A DNA stretch of 64,000 nt. Source: Octopus vulgaris. Taxonomy: Eukaryota. The position numbers and the translations under genes were made by a program. The stretch lies in NCBI GenBank assembly GCA_951406725.2, contig OX597823.1, positions 95,108,001 through 95,172,000 of the forward strand. The letters run 5' to 3'. The notes under the pieces are model-generated. The model worked only from the letters and a program-made list of their open reading frames with translations. It had not been told where the DNA came from and did not search any database. Shown here piece after piece: positions 1 through 14,178 of this stretch (its first letter is position 1; the number at the start of each line of letters is the position of its first letter).

Positions 1-491
1 CATCAATGACTTGAATAAGTGGTTTCACATGAATGGGAATAAAACATAAATAAAATGGAATAGTCCAGATGGAGCTGTGCACATACCCTTTACCACGGCT
101 TTCACATTAGATTATTTGCTAATTAGCTAGCAGTAAGTATCTATATGAAGTTTGGCTGTTTGTAATGTCTGTTTTCTCGAACAGCCGCTTCTACTGAGTA
201 CTGCTGTTGGTTTATTTCTCATCCATAAAGGACTATAGCTTCAACTGAGTACTGCCTTTTGATTCACCGTAAGGTTTGTTGTTATTATTATTGCGGTTTA
301 ACTATTGTTATCACGTCTGTTGGTTCCTCGTAAGGGAAGCGTTGTTGTGTTGCATTTGTTAAATAATTGTAAACCGTAACCCTCCCCCTCTGGGAAAAGG
401 AGCTTTGGTTATTGTTTAAAAATTGAATTGTGTCCATGTTTAGGGAAATTGACAATATTTTCACCGTTTATACGGAAGCATTTTTGTTAAA

Positions 492-1030
492 ATGTCTTCG
501 ATAGAAGAAAGTCCAAAAATGAATTTCGCTGCAGCCGTCGGCGGGCGCGAACTCATTAAAATTAAAATGCAAGAAATACAAACCTATTTCGGATTGATCA
601 CCAACAAAGACGGTGAATCTAGGATAACACCACTAAATGAAATAAAAAATTAAATTAAAGGAACGACTATTGTCTATAAAGTATACAATGTATAGAAAAA
701 AAAAGATTTGAACACCTGGAGGAAAGTACCATTGAAAAGTGTCTTGGTGCGACTATGAAAGATATCAAGTATCTAACCAGAAGCGGTAAATTAGCCACAA
801 TAGAAGCAAGGTTCGAGTCAAGGGAGCGTGCAAAGGAGTACTCGACTCGAACCTTGCAAAGTGGAAATATTTTATTTTTGCCTTTATATCTGGGACATAG
901 GACGTCCCGGATAAAAATTTAAAATGTCCCCCCAGAAGTAGAGGTAGGCTGGATTGTAGCCACACTTCTATACAAGAGGGAAAACAAGATACAATTGATC
1001 GATATTTCAAGAGACGGGCCTTCAATTCCA
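492..1030 (+). pseudogene. Degenerate ORF resembling a non-LTR (L1/Tx1-type) ORF1
   Basis: MSSIEESPKMNFAAAVGG...LFLPLYLGHRTSRIKI*NVPPEV with stops; family assignment is tentative. Confidence 0.3.
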
Positions 1031-1202
1031 GTCTTATATATTTTGAGTATTGTTATCACTAGCGATATCAAGATATAACGTTGTATTTTGTATTTTATGT
1101 GTAGATGTATATATATAGATGTACATGTAATATGTACACATATATATACACATATATAAATGCACAAGCACTATGACCCGGCAACGACGGGTCATGATAC
1201 TA

Positions 1203-1241
<39 letters not shown>

Positions 1242-1252
1242 TATGTATGTGC

Positions 1253-1289
<37 letters not shown>

Positions 1290-1550
1290 TATATACACAC
1301 ACACACACGCTCACACACATATAAGCATATGCACTTACAATCCTATAGTGCATTAGTATCATTTCTTGTGTCCTCTTTTATGATATATCCATCTGTCTCT
1401 CTATCTCTCTGTCTGTCTCTCGGTCTAACTCTGTGTGTATGTGTGCTCACATACATATATCTATATACACACAGACATACATACACACTCATGCGTAGTA
1501 CGTACATACATACATAGATATATACATACGTATATACATACATACGTACA

Positions 1551-1629
1551 TTAAGATTTTATTCCCTCTGCAGATTGTCCCGGTTTCATAGGGTGAGTTT
1601 CTTCCTTGAGAATTGCATCAGTTTTAGTA
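1551..1629 (-). CDS. SLC22: SLC22 probable terminal coding exon 10
   Basis: About 30 nt of pure polypyrimidine tract plus CAG, then in phase (D)TKTDAILKEETHPMKPGQSAEGIKS-stop; gives a total CDS of 1656 nt (551 aa), a typical SLC22 length. No homology support for this tail. Confidence 0.7.
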
Positions 1630-1790
1630 CTGGAAGGGAAGAAAGAAAGAAAAAGAGGAAAGAGCCAATCAGACATTTAGCACAATAATGTTTAATATTT
1701 GAAATATGATGATAATGAGGAAGTGGAGGAGGATGATATTGCTTCGGCTGATGATGCAAATGATGCAGATGACGTTGGGCAAGATGATGG

Positions 1791-1835
<45 letters not shown>

Positions 1836-2104
1836 CGACGACGACGATGATTAAGGATCTTTTTAAATCAATGATGTTATTGTTGCACAAACCTTCCCTG
1901 CCACTGCTGCTGCTCCTGGGAGTTAGCTAGTCTCAGCTCATATCCATTCAAGTATCACTGACTCACTCCTTTTCCGCTCCTCTTTTCACTCATACAGTGT
2001 CCACCCTTCATTGCCCTGCATTAAACACCAGTGACATTGCAAGGGCAGCCAACAAAAGGGGGTAAAGCAATCACATTCTCAGTAAATGGCGAAAATGGGT
2101 TATT

Positions 2105-2346
2105 TTAAAATTTTTATATCTCTTATTTTTTATTTGTTACAAGTACGAGTCTGTGGCCATGCTGGAGCTCTGGTTTGAAGAATTCTAGTCTGGTACATAA
2201 TCTATTGGCGTCCTTTTGCTGAGCCACTATGCTGTGGGACTATATACAAACCAATGCTGGTTGTCAAGAGGTGGAGGGGGAACAAACAACCAGAAACGCA
2301 CACACACATATATATACATACATTCATGCATAGATACATACATATA

Positions 2347-2397
<51 letters not shown>

Positions 2398-2670
2398 CTG
2401 TGTGTGTGTATGTGTCTGCATGTGTGTGAGTTTGTGCTTTGTAGATCCAATAAATGTAGAATCAACAAAAATGGACTATATCTGTCTATATCTATCTACC
2501 TATACGTACATAATACAACAGGCTTCATACAGTTTCCCTCTACCAAATCCACTTATAAGGGTTTGGTTGGCCTGAGGGTATAGCAGAAAACACTTTCTCA
2601 AGGTGTCATGCAATGGGACTGAACCTGACATCATGTGGTTGGGAAGCAAACTTCCTACCACACAACCACT
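2105..2670 (-). mobile_element. tRNA-derived SINE, family 1
   Basis: Head gtggttgtgtggtag...ggttcagtccc, internal microsatellite, tail ccagcatggccacag shared with other copies. Confidence 0.75.
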
Positions 2671-3074
2671 TTATTTAATTTTTCTTTTGGAATTTTGTGC
2701 CTCTAAGAAGTTTTTGTCTAGATCCACAGTTTTGCCCATGCTACTGCACTGCTAACCGCAGCAGCTAATCTTTCCTTCCCAGGACATTGTTCCAAAGTAA
2801 CTGGCTTTGTTTTCTGGCCATTGTCCCTCAATATTCAATGTGTCCTTCCTTTTTCTTTCAGGTGACAGGCTGTAATTTCTAGCAGGTCGAATGATCGATT
2901 AAAGTCTTGCTTCTTGGTTTATTATTATGATGATGATAATTACTATGTTGCTTATAGTGATTGTTATGATAATGTTAATGCTGACAATAATGTTAGTGAT
3001 GGCAACGATAATAATGCTAACAATGATGATGGTGATCATGATGTTTAAATCCTTTAAGAGACACGTACACTAAC

Positions 3075-3232
3075 TCCAGTTGTCCAGATTTGGTCAAATC
3101 TCTGAAGTTGTCCATCATTTTCCGGTTGTTTGTTTCGGGTAACAACAATGACAATAGCCCCGCTATTATGGAAAGTGCTCCCATAAGAACCATCGGCAGT
3201 ATTCGACCAACCTTGCCAGAAACCAAATCTGA
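3075..3232 (-). CDS. SLC22: SLC22 exon 9
   Basis: tctttcag| SDLVSGKVGRILPMVLMGALSIIAGLLSLLLPETNNRKMMDNFRDLTKSGQL; LPET motif; donor GA|GTTAGT; 158 nt. Confidence 0.9.
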
Positions 3233-3436
3233 CTGAAAGAAAAAAAAACAGCAAATTAAAAATATGTTTTATTTATTTTGTTACTATTGTTGACTTTTGG
3301 CCCCAGATCATTACTGAATAAGCATACTTATGGTCAAAGTTGTTCCCATTCTGTGCTAATTTCAGCAGACACAGACAGACAGACACACACACACACATAC
3401 ACACACACACACACACGCACACACACACACACACAC

Positions 3437-3483
<47 letters not shown>

Positions 3484-4360
3484 CTAGCTGAGGTACCCGG
3501 TATTACCCGAGAGTGGGTATATTCTCAGTAACCATTACAATACCTCTCAGACGAAAAACGAAATCAAGAGATAGGACAGATAATAGAAGGCGCAAGCAAA
3601 TTCATTCAGGAAACAACAATACAAATAAATACGTGTGGAATCGGAAAATGACAATCGTTTGGTCAGATGAGTGGAAAGCTGCAAATAAATAATCAATGGA
3701 AACACCAAGAAGGGAATTATAAAGGAGTGCTATGAAAAAAAAGGACATAAAGTTTGAAAAGTAAACAAAAACTATTTAGAGAAAAGGTACTTAATTTGAC
3801 GACTGTGTTTCATGAATATAGTTCCACTGATCGTGAGGAACAAAAATCGATTGCAACGCTTAGAACCGGCAAGTTTAAGTGCAGGTGTTAAGAACTTACA
3901 TGTTGCATATTTAGCACACAATGTTGCAACGCTTAGAATCGATAATTTTAAATGCAGGTGTTAAGAAAATACATGTTACAGCAACCTGGGAATGCTGAAA
4001 TAATTGATGAACATTTTAATCCCACAACAATTTGGGCCAAATTTCTTTAATCAGTTAATCAAAAAATCATCATACGCTTTGTTTTAGTGGCCTTGTCTCA
4101 ACCTATCCTTAACGCATATTCCATCTACGTATAAAATTTCAAGAAAATCAGTTCAGAAATTTAAAAGTTATGGCAGAAAATAACATTCATATGAGAAATT
4201 GCATTGAAAGGCCCTCCATCTGTTGCAATTAATGCGTACATAGGAAGCACAAGAAAACTGCATATACGCACTGGGTTCGATATAATCGACTTAATCCCTT
4301 TGTCTGCCCTTGTTTGTACCCTCTATGTTTAGTCTCCTGAGGGCAATATATATATATATA

Positions 4361-4614
4361 CTCTTTTCCTCTTTTACTTGTTTCAGTCATTTGACTGCGG
4401 CCATGCTGGAGCACAGCCTGTAGTCGAGTAAATCGACACCAGGATTTTATTCTTTATAAGCCTAGTACTTATTCTATCGGTCTCTTTTGCCGAACTGCTA
4501 GGTTACGGGGACGTAAATACACACCAGCATCGGTTGTCAAGCGATACGGGGTGACAAACACATATACACAAACATATACACACACATACATACATACATA
4601 CATACATACATACA

Positions 4615-4648
<34 letters not shown>

Positions 4649-4805
4649 CGACGGGGTTCTTTCAGTTTCCGTCTACAAAATCCACTCACAAGGCTTTGGT
4701 CAGCCCGAGGATATAGTAGAAGGCACTTGCCATGCAGTGGGACTGAACCCAGATCCATGTGGTTGGTAAGCAACCTACTTAACCACACAGCAACTCCTGT
4801 ACCTA
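4361..4805 (-). mobile_element. tRNA-derived SINE, family 1
   Basis: Same head, body and tail as 26936-27366. Confidence 0.8.
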
Positions 4806-4833
4806 TATATAAACGAGAACTGACACCTTTATG

Positions 4834-4873
<40 letters not shown>

Positions 4874-4957
4874 TCATTTTAAAAATGTAACCACATACGG
4901 ATCGTTGGCGATTTTTTCCTCCGTCTTCCTTTTCTGTTGGACTTTTCTCTGACTCCT

Positions 4958-4992
4958 GTTTCTGACGAAGAGCTTTCCTCGAAACGTAAAAC
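4958..4992 (+). ncRNA. Minimal type I hammerhead motif
   Basis: gttt-CTGACGA-agagctttcctc-GAAA-cg-TA-aaac; related degenerate copies at 32224-32258(-) and 60932-60967(-). Confidence 0.6.
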
Positions 4993-5096
4993 CATCTTTT
5001 ATTTCTTTCCTGAGTGTCTGTTAATACTTTGCATGTACCAAGTCCTCGCGTTGTTGTTTCTTCTCGCGCTTGTTCTTCGTTTTTTAGTGGGGGATT

Positions 5097-5195
<99 letters not shown>

Positions 5196-6703
5196 TATAA
5201 ATATACATATATATATTTGTGTGTGTATACGTTGCTTGTACCACATCCTTGCGTTGTAGTTCTATTCTTCTGATTTTTCTTCATTTTGGGGGGAGAATTT
5301 ACTATATATATATATAAATATATAAATACAATATTAGGGAGTATAGCTCCAAACTTACGGGGGAAATTCAATTTTGTATTAAATCAAATTTCACAATATA
5401 AATATATAATATATATACGTTAAAGAAAAACCACTATTATATAATTCAAACAATGATAGACATAAAACATATCATATAGAAAAATTAAAATATATTATAA
5501 AACACATACCTAGATCATAAAAAGTACATAATAATGAATAAACATTATATAATAAAAAGACTACTTATAGTTCGTGGCTATAACTTCAATTCGAATTACA
5601 ATTAAATTTAAATTTAATCCCAAAACAATTCAATTTAAAAGTATAGTCACTCATCAGGTCAACAATAATAACATTAATAGTTAAATAAATACATATTTTT
5701 AATAAATAATCAAATAGAATTAAACAATATTTCTTAAAGAAATAAAATCATGATTCTTCTTATAGAAGAAACTCCGTTAGCTAAATTTGAAACTTAAAAA
5801 GTAGGATCAGGTGTCTATAATACATTTATCACGTTAAAAACCTATGGTAAAAAAAATGAATAAATATATAGAAATATTTATTTTATCTGTGAAGATATAT
5901 TTTAGTTTTGAGAATAATTTTAATAAACTATAATGTATCTTTACTGGAAAAATAAAAGTCCAATTAATAAAAATACTAAAAATAAATCATATACTTAAGT
6001 TAAGCTAAATTACTATAATTTAATCTAAACCAACTTGCTGCCGACCAAAGTAGGTCCTATGAAACAAACTTTCTGTTTTACGGTGATAATAAAAATTGCA
6101 CATCAGATTTAGGTTCCAAGCAGCAGCTTAATAACAGTTTCAATTTTTGGCACAAGGCCAGCAATTTCGAGGGAGTTGGGGTATGTCAACTACATCAACC
6201 CCAATATCTAACTGGTACCTATTTTATCGATTCCGAAAGGATGAAAGGCAAAGTTGACCTCAGTGGAATTTCAACTCAGAATGTAAAGACGGACGAAATG
6301 CTGCCAAGAATTTGTTCCAGTCTGTTAATGATTCTGCCATCTCACCACCTGAAGTAGCAGCTTAATAATAACAAAGTTATTCCACTAAATTCTTCGTTAT
6401 TTCAAAATTAATTAAAACAAAGGCTGTGTATTTCAGAAATGTGGTAACAAAAGGCTTAGCTATTTTACTAAATTCTTTGAAACAAATACAGTGTATTTCA
6501 TCTCAAATACGGTAAGAAAAGGTTTATAGCCATTGTGCCTGGTCTGATGGATAATATTTCCTTATTCGTATGTTATGTAAATCCACAGAAAGATAAGACT
6601 AGCTCTGTCTCTTTACTAGTTGTGCTGGTTCCACGATGGATGGACTAACAAAAGGGGCGAACAACAAAACAAATAGCAAGTTTGAAAGAATTTAAATACT
6701 TAC

Positions 6704-6885
6704 AAAATTGAGAGTGTAAGGTGCCAAAGCGCCGCCAACACGGGCAAAGGTGGACATAGTCCCCAATGCACCATTTCTTATACAAGTTGGATATAATTCC
6801 AAAGTGTATAAAAACACGATTCCAAAAGCTGCAGTGCTAAACATACGGCCTAATATCGAACTGGCAGTTAACATCCATTGATGGG
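6704..6885 (-). CDS. SLC22: SLC22 exon 8
   Basis: ttttcag| (A)HQWMLTASSILGRMFSTAAFGIVFLYTLELYPTCIRNGALGTMSTFARVGGALAPYTLNF |GTAAGT; ELYPT.IR motif; 182 nt. Confidence 0.95.
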
Positions 6886-7859
6886 CTGAAAAAGAAAAAG
6901 ATAAAAGACAGAATTCTTAAGTAAAAACAACAAAAAAATCCTTTTCGGTATTTCACAGACATGTGGACCCTCAATATAATTCTCTGGTAAAATCAAAAGG
7001 ACACAATGGCTGACTCAGCTGTACGTAATTTCTATAAGTGGGCTTCACTACAGTTTTCATCTACCCAGTCACATTCAGAAAGCACAGGCCCTCACAAATT
7101 GTGGGTTGCTACCCAGCATGCTGGAAACCCACAAGGAGTGAGTGACCCCTTAGCTTTTTTTGCAGCATGTCTTTAGGAATCCCCTTGAAACCCAGGCTAT
7201 GTCTTCTTCAATAATTGGCAGAGACTTGGTCAGTGGATCCTCTGCGATGGTCAACAATCAACAGCAAGATGAGCTGTTATGGATCCCACTATCCCAAAGT
7301 GTATGTGTGCATGTGACTGGGGACCACATGTGAACTTGTGACCCCACTGAAACTCGGAGCAAGGAACCATTTGATCATACGGAACATTACATCGAACCCA
7401 GTGCTTGACTGGTTCTTTAGTTTTTTGATCGTGAAAGAATGAAAGGCAAAAACGACCATGTCAGGATTTGAACCCAGAACACAAACCATAAGAAATGCCA
7501 CTAAGCATTTTGTCTGGTGCAGCAATGATTCTGTCATACTAAAACACTCACAACACTTGAAACAACAGAAAACATGCGATTTGGGCTTCGAATAGGTAGA
7601 CCATCCACCTTGACTTGGCCCCCTCCGACTACCACCTCCGTCCACAACTGAAGAAAGTCCTAAAGTGAACAAAATTTCACACTAATTTGGATGGGATCTT
7701 TTCTAGAGACGCTTGGTTGGAGGCCCAGCATTTTGATTTCTTTTTACATGGCTTACATAAAACTGAAGGACTGCCGCAATATGTGTGTGGATCTGGGCGG
7801 TGAATATGTTGGGTAAAATCACAATTAACTGATCCTTGTATATTTGAAAACCAATCTTC

Positions 7860-8680
7860 AAATAGAGTTCCTGTCCTGTCATCAAAGCTTTTTAGTTTTG
7901 CTTCCAGATTACAGGAAGTTTCGTCTTATCAATTCCTTTTAAAGCACGGGGTTTTCAGATCGATAAATAAGCATGGGCTTGAGTGTGCAGTCCCCTTCAC
8001 AATATCCTCCCAGCTTTGAATTCTGGCAATAAATCCCCGCAATAAAAGTCCTTGAAGGCATTCGTTTCCAAAATAGGCCCCTCTCATCCACATGAAATAT
8101 TAGAGACAGTATAAAGCCTTCTTCTTCAATCAAATCTTTTAATTGGCGAGGAAAAGTTTCTGCAGCTTTTTGATCTGCGCCAGACGGTTCTCCTTGGATT
8201 TTCACATTGTGTAGATTTGCTCGTTTTTTGAAATAATCGAACGAATCATTGCTCGCCACAAATGTTTAATTTAATCCATCTGATTTATCCTTAAGCGAGT
8301 TATAAAGGGAAATTGTTTTACTGCAAGTTATAGCCTGACTAAGTGGCATATGAAGTCTATGAATTTGATGGTTTATCCAATCTGTCAAAAGGTTTTCTGT
8401 GCGTGAAATTAAACTTTCATTATCTTTTCATCGTGACCAAGTTGAATTGAGAGAGTCACTTCCTTAACTTTATTTAAATAATCTTCCTTTTACTTCAAGA
8501 TGGTACAAACAGATAAAGGAACCATATCAATTTTTTGTTTTTGATAAATCTTTAACAGTTGCACCTTTTTTTGTGTTGTTTAATCAATTCGTATTTTACT
8601 TCTAAAGTAATTGCTTTACATTTCTTCTTATCCCTGCTTAGCATCTCAGAATTCTTTCTTTTGGAAGCCATCACAAGGGT
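7860..8680 (-). mobile_element. pogo/Tigger transposase remnant
   Basis: KKKCKAITLEVKYELIK (HTH-psq like); FDYFKKRANLHNVKIQGE..AD; IFHVDERGLFWKRMPSRTFI; LKPMLIYRSENP; frameshifted. Confidence 0.85.
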
Positions 8681-8689
8681 ATTTCCATT

Positions 8690-9055
8690 GTCCGGAAATC
8701 TTTCGTCACACGTCTGTGACCTCTTCAGCGACACTTTCCGCCCTCATCTGTGCTCTTGCTCCGCTTAGTCCATTCTGTTCTTCTGTGATGTGTATCCTTA
8801 TATGCGCATGCGTTTGCGTCTGTATTTGTGTATGTGTGTGTATGTGTGTGCGTGTGTGCGTGTGTGCGTGCATGCGCGTACGCATATCAATGTGTTTTGC
8901 ATGTTATAGACTTTGTTCTTAGTAGTACTATGACCCACCCCTTACCCCTTCTCCTTCCCCGTTGCTTCCGTTGCCCTTGACCACGATTTTTGGTACTATA
9001 CCTGTACCTCTTTGTGTTTGTGTGTTCGCCCACAATGTTGCTATCTTGATAGTAT

Positions 9056-9107
<52 letters not shown>

Positions 9108-9680
9108 TGTTCTTGCCGTTGTTGCTGTTGTCGTTGGTCGCGTTGTTGATGTTGTTGTGGGCGTTTGTGAAATTACTGTATATGTGTTTGTGAGTGTATA
9201 TGGGTTCACTCACTAGGTTGTTTGTATCCATGTCACTTTCATAACGCCTTTATACAACTTCTGTTTTTGTTTATCTATTTATCTCTATTTCTTGTATTTA
9301 TCATAGGTATGTCCATATTTATTTACTGTGTGTATTATACTGTTTGTATCTATTTTTCTTCCTTCTGTCTTTAGCTGTCGTGTTGTATGGTGTGGTGGTG
9401 GATGTTATTTTTCTGCTTGTGTTTCCTGCTGAGGTTCGGTCTATCTATTGCTATGTGTGTAACCTTTGTAATCTGTCTGAGTATCGAATCAGTTTTATGC
9501 GTTGATAATACCTTAACCTCTATGTTATTAACCGAGCCTCTATGTTCTACTTGAACATATTGGTAGAGCACTGACGAACATTTCTCCTCTTTTAGTTCTC
9601 GCCAATGTCCATCTGTATGCTCCCCTGTGCTGCGTGCTGTCTCTCCATTGTAAGTGGTTACCTTATTCTTTGACAGATAT
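8690..9680 (-). mobile_element. Penelope-like element 3' remnant (GIY-YIG endonuclease with downstream hammerhead motif)
   Basis: TYNGETARS...H...S.LYQY...EH...RQI...RPNLSRK; hammerhead-like motif at 8693-8731. Confidence 0.65.
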
Positions 9681-10271
9681 TCTCTAGAGCAATACTGTGT
9701 AAAAGCAAAAATAACACCAACTTGAACTTTTAATTTGTTGTCTCTTAAGATCTCTGGGTGAGACTTTGAGTCAATTTGTAGGAATACAAAGCAAAAGCCA
9801 AGCATATGATCATAAGATGAGCATTATCACTGTGAGAAGGATAACCTTCCATGAAGGCATCTTTGAAAGCTCAGAGCTACTGGATGATTTACTGACTGGG
9901 AAATGTTAAGAAACATTTTTTTACATAACATTATTTCAGTTTTTAAATAAACAATCGGGCGTGTTTATCAATGCATACAGTGAGTTTATTTGCCCTAGGT
10001 ATTGAGAAGTCACTTGGCAGAAATAGAAACGAAGTTGAAGGAAGGAGCAAAGCATGATGATGATTCTGATGGCAATGTTGATGATGGTGTTGGTGGTTTC
10101 AAATTTAGGTACAAGGCCTGCAACTTTAGACAGAGTGATCATATCGACCCCAGAACTTAACTCTGAAGTATGACAAGGAAAGTTGACCTCAGCGGCATTT
10201 GAACTCAGAATATAAAGAATCAGAAGAAATGCTGTTAAGCACTCTAATGATTCTGCCATTTCACTGTCTTC

Positions 10272-10320
<49 letters not shown>

Positions 10321-10324
10321 CAAC

Positions 10325-10437
<113 letters not shown>

Positions 10438-10441
10438 TAAT

Positions 10442-10826
10442 AATGCTTTTTAATTGATGTATCAATACCGGCAGATGACAACGTGTCTCTAAAAGAAATG
10501 GAGAAACTCTCAAAATACAAAGACCTGGAAATAGAGGTAACTAGAATGTGGAATCTGAAAACAGAAACAATTCCTATCATAGTAGGTGCATTAGGCATGA
10601 TAAAAAAATATTCAGACAAATACATAACAAAAACACCAGGACTTACAAACACATATAACATACAGAAAATTGCACTACTAGGCACTGCCCACATCCTACG
10701 CAGAACACTTTCCATACAATAACCATCAGAGCATCACAACAAATCACAGCACATACCCAAGGCACACAGAGCTGTGCTCGGTAGTGAAGTGAAAGCACGC
10801 TATAAAAATAAAAATAAAACTACTGA
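10442..10826 (+). mobile_element. R4/Dong-clade non-LTR retrotransposon, 5'-truncated 3' end (family A)
   Basis: RLE C-terminus (LIDVSIP...EKLSKYKDLEIEVTRMW...PIIVGALG...QKIALLGTAHILRR) plus 3' UTR; both sides are (AAT)n. Confidence 0.85.
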
Positions 10827-10854
10827 ATAATAATAATAATAATAATAATAACAA

Positions 10855-12390
10855 CAAGAACAAACATACAAATATTTAGGGATATATGAAGGCTCTGGTA
10901 TTCAGCATGCAAGCATGAAAGAGAAAATCAGGAAGGAATGTTATAGGAGAGTTCGTGCAGTCCTGAAATCTGAACTAAATGCACGTAACAAGGTGTTAGC
11001 TATAAATTCTTTAGCAGTTCCAGTTGTTACTTATAGCTACAATGTGTTGAACTGGAATATGAGTGAAGTAAAGAATATAGATAGAAAAATACGCAAGCTG
11101 CTGAGTTGTAATAGGATGCACCACCCAAAGGCAGACGTAGATCGCCTTTACCTTCCCAGAGCCCAAGGAGGTCGAGGCCTCGATCCAATTTGAACTAGCT
11201 TACAAAACAACCACAATTGGACTGGCCAAATATCTCGAAATATCAAATGACTGGATGCTAAAGCTCGTGGAAAATCACGAGAGACGTAAGAAGCTTCATT
11301 CTATCATAAAGGAAAGCAAAAAATTTGCTATTGATCTCGTGCAGGATACCCAAACTGAACAACCCGAGGGAAGTACGGCAACTATTGTTGCAAAGAAGGT
11401 GAAAATGATGGCAATGAAGAAAGCGCACGAGCAATTGGCTGATAGGTGGGAGGAGAAACCTCTGCACGGCAAATATGTGACCCGCAGCAAACAAGCTGAT
11501 GTTGACCAGAAGCAAACCCATCAGTGGCTACGAAGCTCAGGGCTAAAAGCAGAGAGCGAAGGTTTCATCCTGGCTGCTCAAGATCAAAGCCTATTAACCC
11601 GGAACTACCAGGCCAATGTGATGAAAAATGGAGCAGACCCAAAATGCCGATTCTGCAACGATATGATTGAAACAGTGGACCACCTAATCTCTGGATGTAA
11701 AGTCTTAGCTCCAGTGGAGTATAAATTAAGACATGACAGAGTTGGCCAATATCTACACTGGCTAATAAGTCGGCATTACAATATCAAAACTGCCGACAAG
11801 TGGTATAATCACCACCCTGAGGCTGTAACTGAAGGGGAAAATGTAACCATTCTGTGGGACTTTCCAATACATACAGACCGAACCATCAAGGCCAATAAAC
11901 CAGATATTGTTGTGAAAGACCAAAACAATAAAGTTTGCTTATTGATCGACATGAGCATCCCCTGTGATCATAATATCTCAGCGAAAGAGTTTGACAAGCT
12001 CAGAAAATATAAAGACCTACTCATTGAAATTGAGAAAATGTGGCATCTCAAGGCGGTTACAATACCAGTGATCGTAGGAGCACTAGGAATGATCAAGAAG
12101 GGAACCGAAAATTATATGAGAATGATCCCTGGCTTACCATCCCTGCAAGAAGTGCAAAAGATTGTCTTAACTGGTACATCACACGTATTGAGAAGAGCAT
12201 TGTCGATGTGAGAACTGTTGCTGCTCATGTATTTGAATTTAACTTTTAAAAAAATAAAAAAATTAACGAACTACTGAGTTTGGTTTAATGGCCTACCAAT
12301 GTATACTATGAGTTTCTTTGCCCTAGGAGTCGGGAAGACACTCGGCAAGAAATGGAAGCAAATTTGAAAGAAGAAGGAAAAAAAAAATAA
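10855..12390 (+). mobile_element. R4/Dong-clade LINE, 5'-truncated (family B): RT thumb, CCHC zinc knuckle and restriction-like endonuclease
   Basis: YKYLG...MHHPKADVDRLYLPR..GGRGL; WEEKPLHG; AAQDQ; CRFC...HLISGC; RHD; KPDIVV...LIDMSIP...KYKDL; one frameshift near 11180; inserted in (AAT)n. Confidence 0.92.
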
Positions 12391-12397
12391 TAATAAT

Positions 12398-14119
12398 ATA
12401 TGGATGACCTAAAATTGTATGCTACAAATGATAAACAGCTGGAAACACAACTAAAGACAGTTCATGGATTTACCAAAGAAATAGATAAGAAATTTGGATT
12501 AGAAAAATGCACCAAAGTAACCCTGAAAAGAGGAAAACTAGTTAAGAGTAGCAACATCACACTAGATAAAACCAATGAAATAACAGGATTAGACTAAAGC
12601 CAAACTTATAAATACTTAGGAATCCATGAACTAGATAAGACACAACACACACAAATGAAAGAGAAAATAAAGAAAGAATACTATACACGAGTTAGATGAA
12701 TACTAAACACAGAGCTCAATACTAAAAACAAGATAATAGGTATTAACACTTCAGCCGTTGCAGGTGTAAGTTACAGCTAAAATATCCTTAACTGGACACT
12801 AAATGAACTGACCAAAATAGATAGGAAAACAAGAAAAATAATGACAGGATCAAAGATGCATCACCCAAAATCTGACATAGAAAGGATATATATACAACGT
12901 ATAGAAGGTGGTAGAGACCTTATACAGCTGGAAATCTATTATAAAATAACCACCATAGGACTGCAAAAATATCTACTTCAGAAGCAAGGAAAACTGATAA
13001 AAATAGCGGTAAAACACGAGCAAAACAAAAGCTGTTCTCAGTATTTAAGGAAGCTGACAAATACAAACAGGAAATCATACCACCTAACAAATATGAAGAA
13101 GAAGAAGAAGAAGAAGAAGAAGAAGAAGAAGAAGAAGAAGAAGAAGAAGAAGAAGAAGAAGAAGAAGAAGAAGAAGAAGAAGAAGAAGAAACAAAAGCTA
13201 TAAAACAAATGAAATCCAAACTAAAACTAGAGTAGCAACGGACCATGATAAAACGATGGCAAGAAAAGCCCCTTCATGGCAAATACTGGGCTAAACTAAA
13301 TGCAAAAGAAATAGACAAAGAAAAATCCCAGCAATGGTTGAGAAGCTCAGGACTCAAAGCAGAGACAGAGGGATTTTTAATTGCAGCACAAGACCAAAGC
13401 CTCCTCACCAGAAATTACCAAAAACATATAATGAAAAGAAATATAACAAGTAACTGCATAATATGTGGAGATGGACAAGAAACAATAAATCATATTATCT
13501 CTGGCTGCCCAGTCCTGGCTAAGAATGAATATATTCACAGACACGACAGAGTTGGGACCTTCATACACTGGAAGCTATCCCAACATTATGGAATAACAAC
13601 AGAAAAAAGATGGTATAGGCACATCCCAGAAAAGGACACAAAAAACGAGAAAGCCACCATACTCTGGGATATGCCAATACACACAGATAGAGAAATTAAG
13701 GCCAACAGTCCAGATATAGTTGTCAGAGATCATGAAGAAAAAAATGCTTTCTAATTGATGTATCAATACCAGCAGATGACAACGTGTCTCTAAAAGAAAT
13801 GGAGAAACTTTCAAAATACAAAGACCTGGAAATAGAGGTAACTCGAATGTGGAATCTAAAAACAGAAACAATTCCTATCATAGTAGGTGCATTAGGCATG
13901 ATAAAAAATATTCAGACAAATACTTAACAAAAACACCAGGACTTACAAACACGTATAACATACAGAAAATTGCACTACTAGGCACTGCACACATCCTACG
14001 CAAAACACTTTCAATACAGTAACCATCAGAGCTTCACAACAAATCACAGCACATACCCAAGTCACACAGAGCTGCGCTCGGTAGTGAAGTGAAAGCACGA
14101 TATAAAAAATATACTACTA

Positions 14120-14120
<1 letters not shown>
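12398..14120 (+). mobile_element. R4/Dong-clade LINE, 5'-truncated and degenerate (family A)
   Basis: Starts at RT motif YMDDLKL; has stops and frameshifts, internal (GAA)n at about 13095-13190, CCHC and PD..D RLE; its 3' ~380 bp is near-identical to 10442-10826; followed by (AAT)n. Confidence 0.9.
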
Positions 14121-14178
<58 letters not shown>

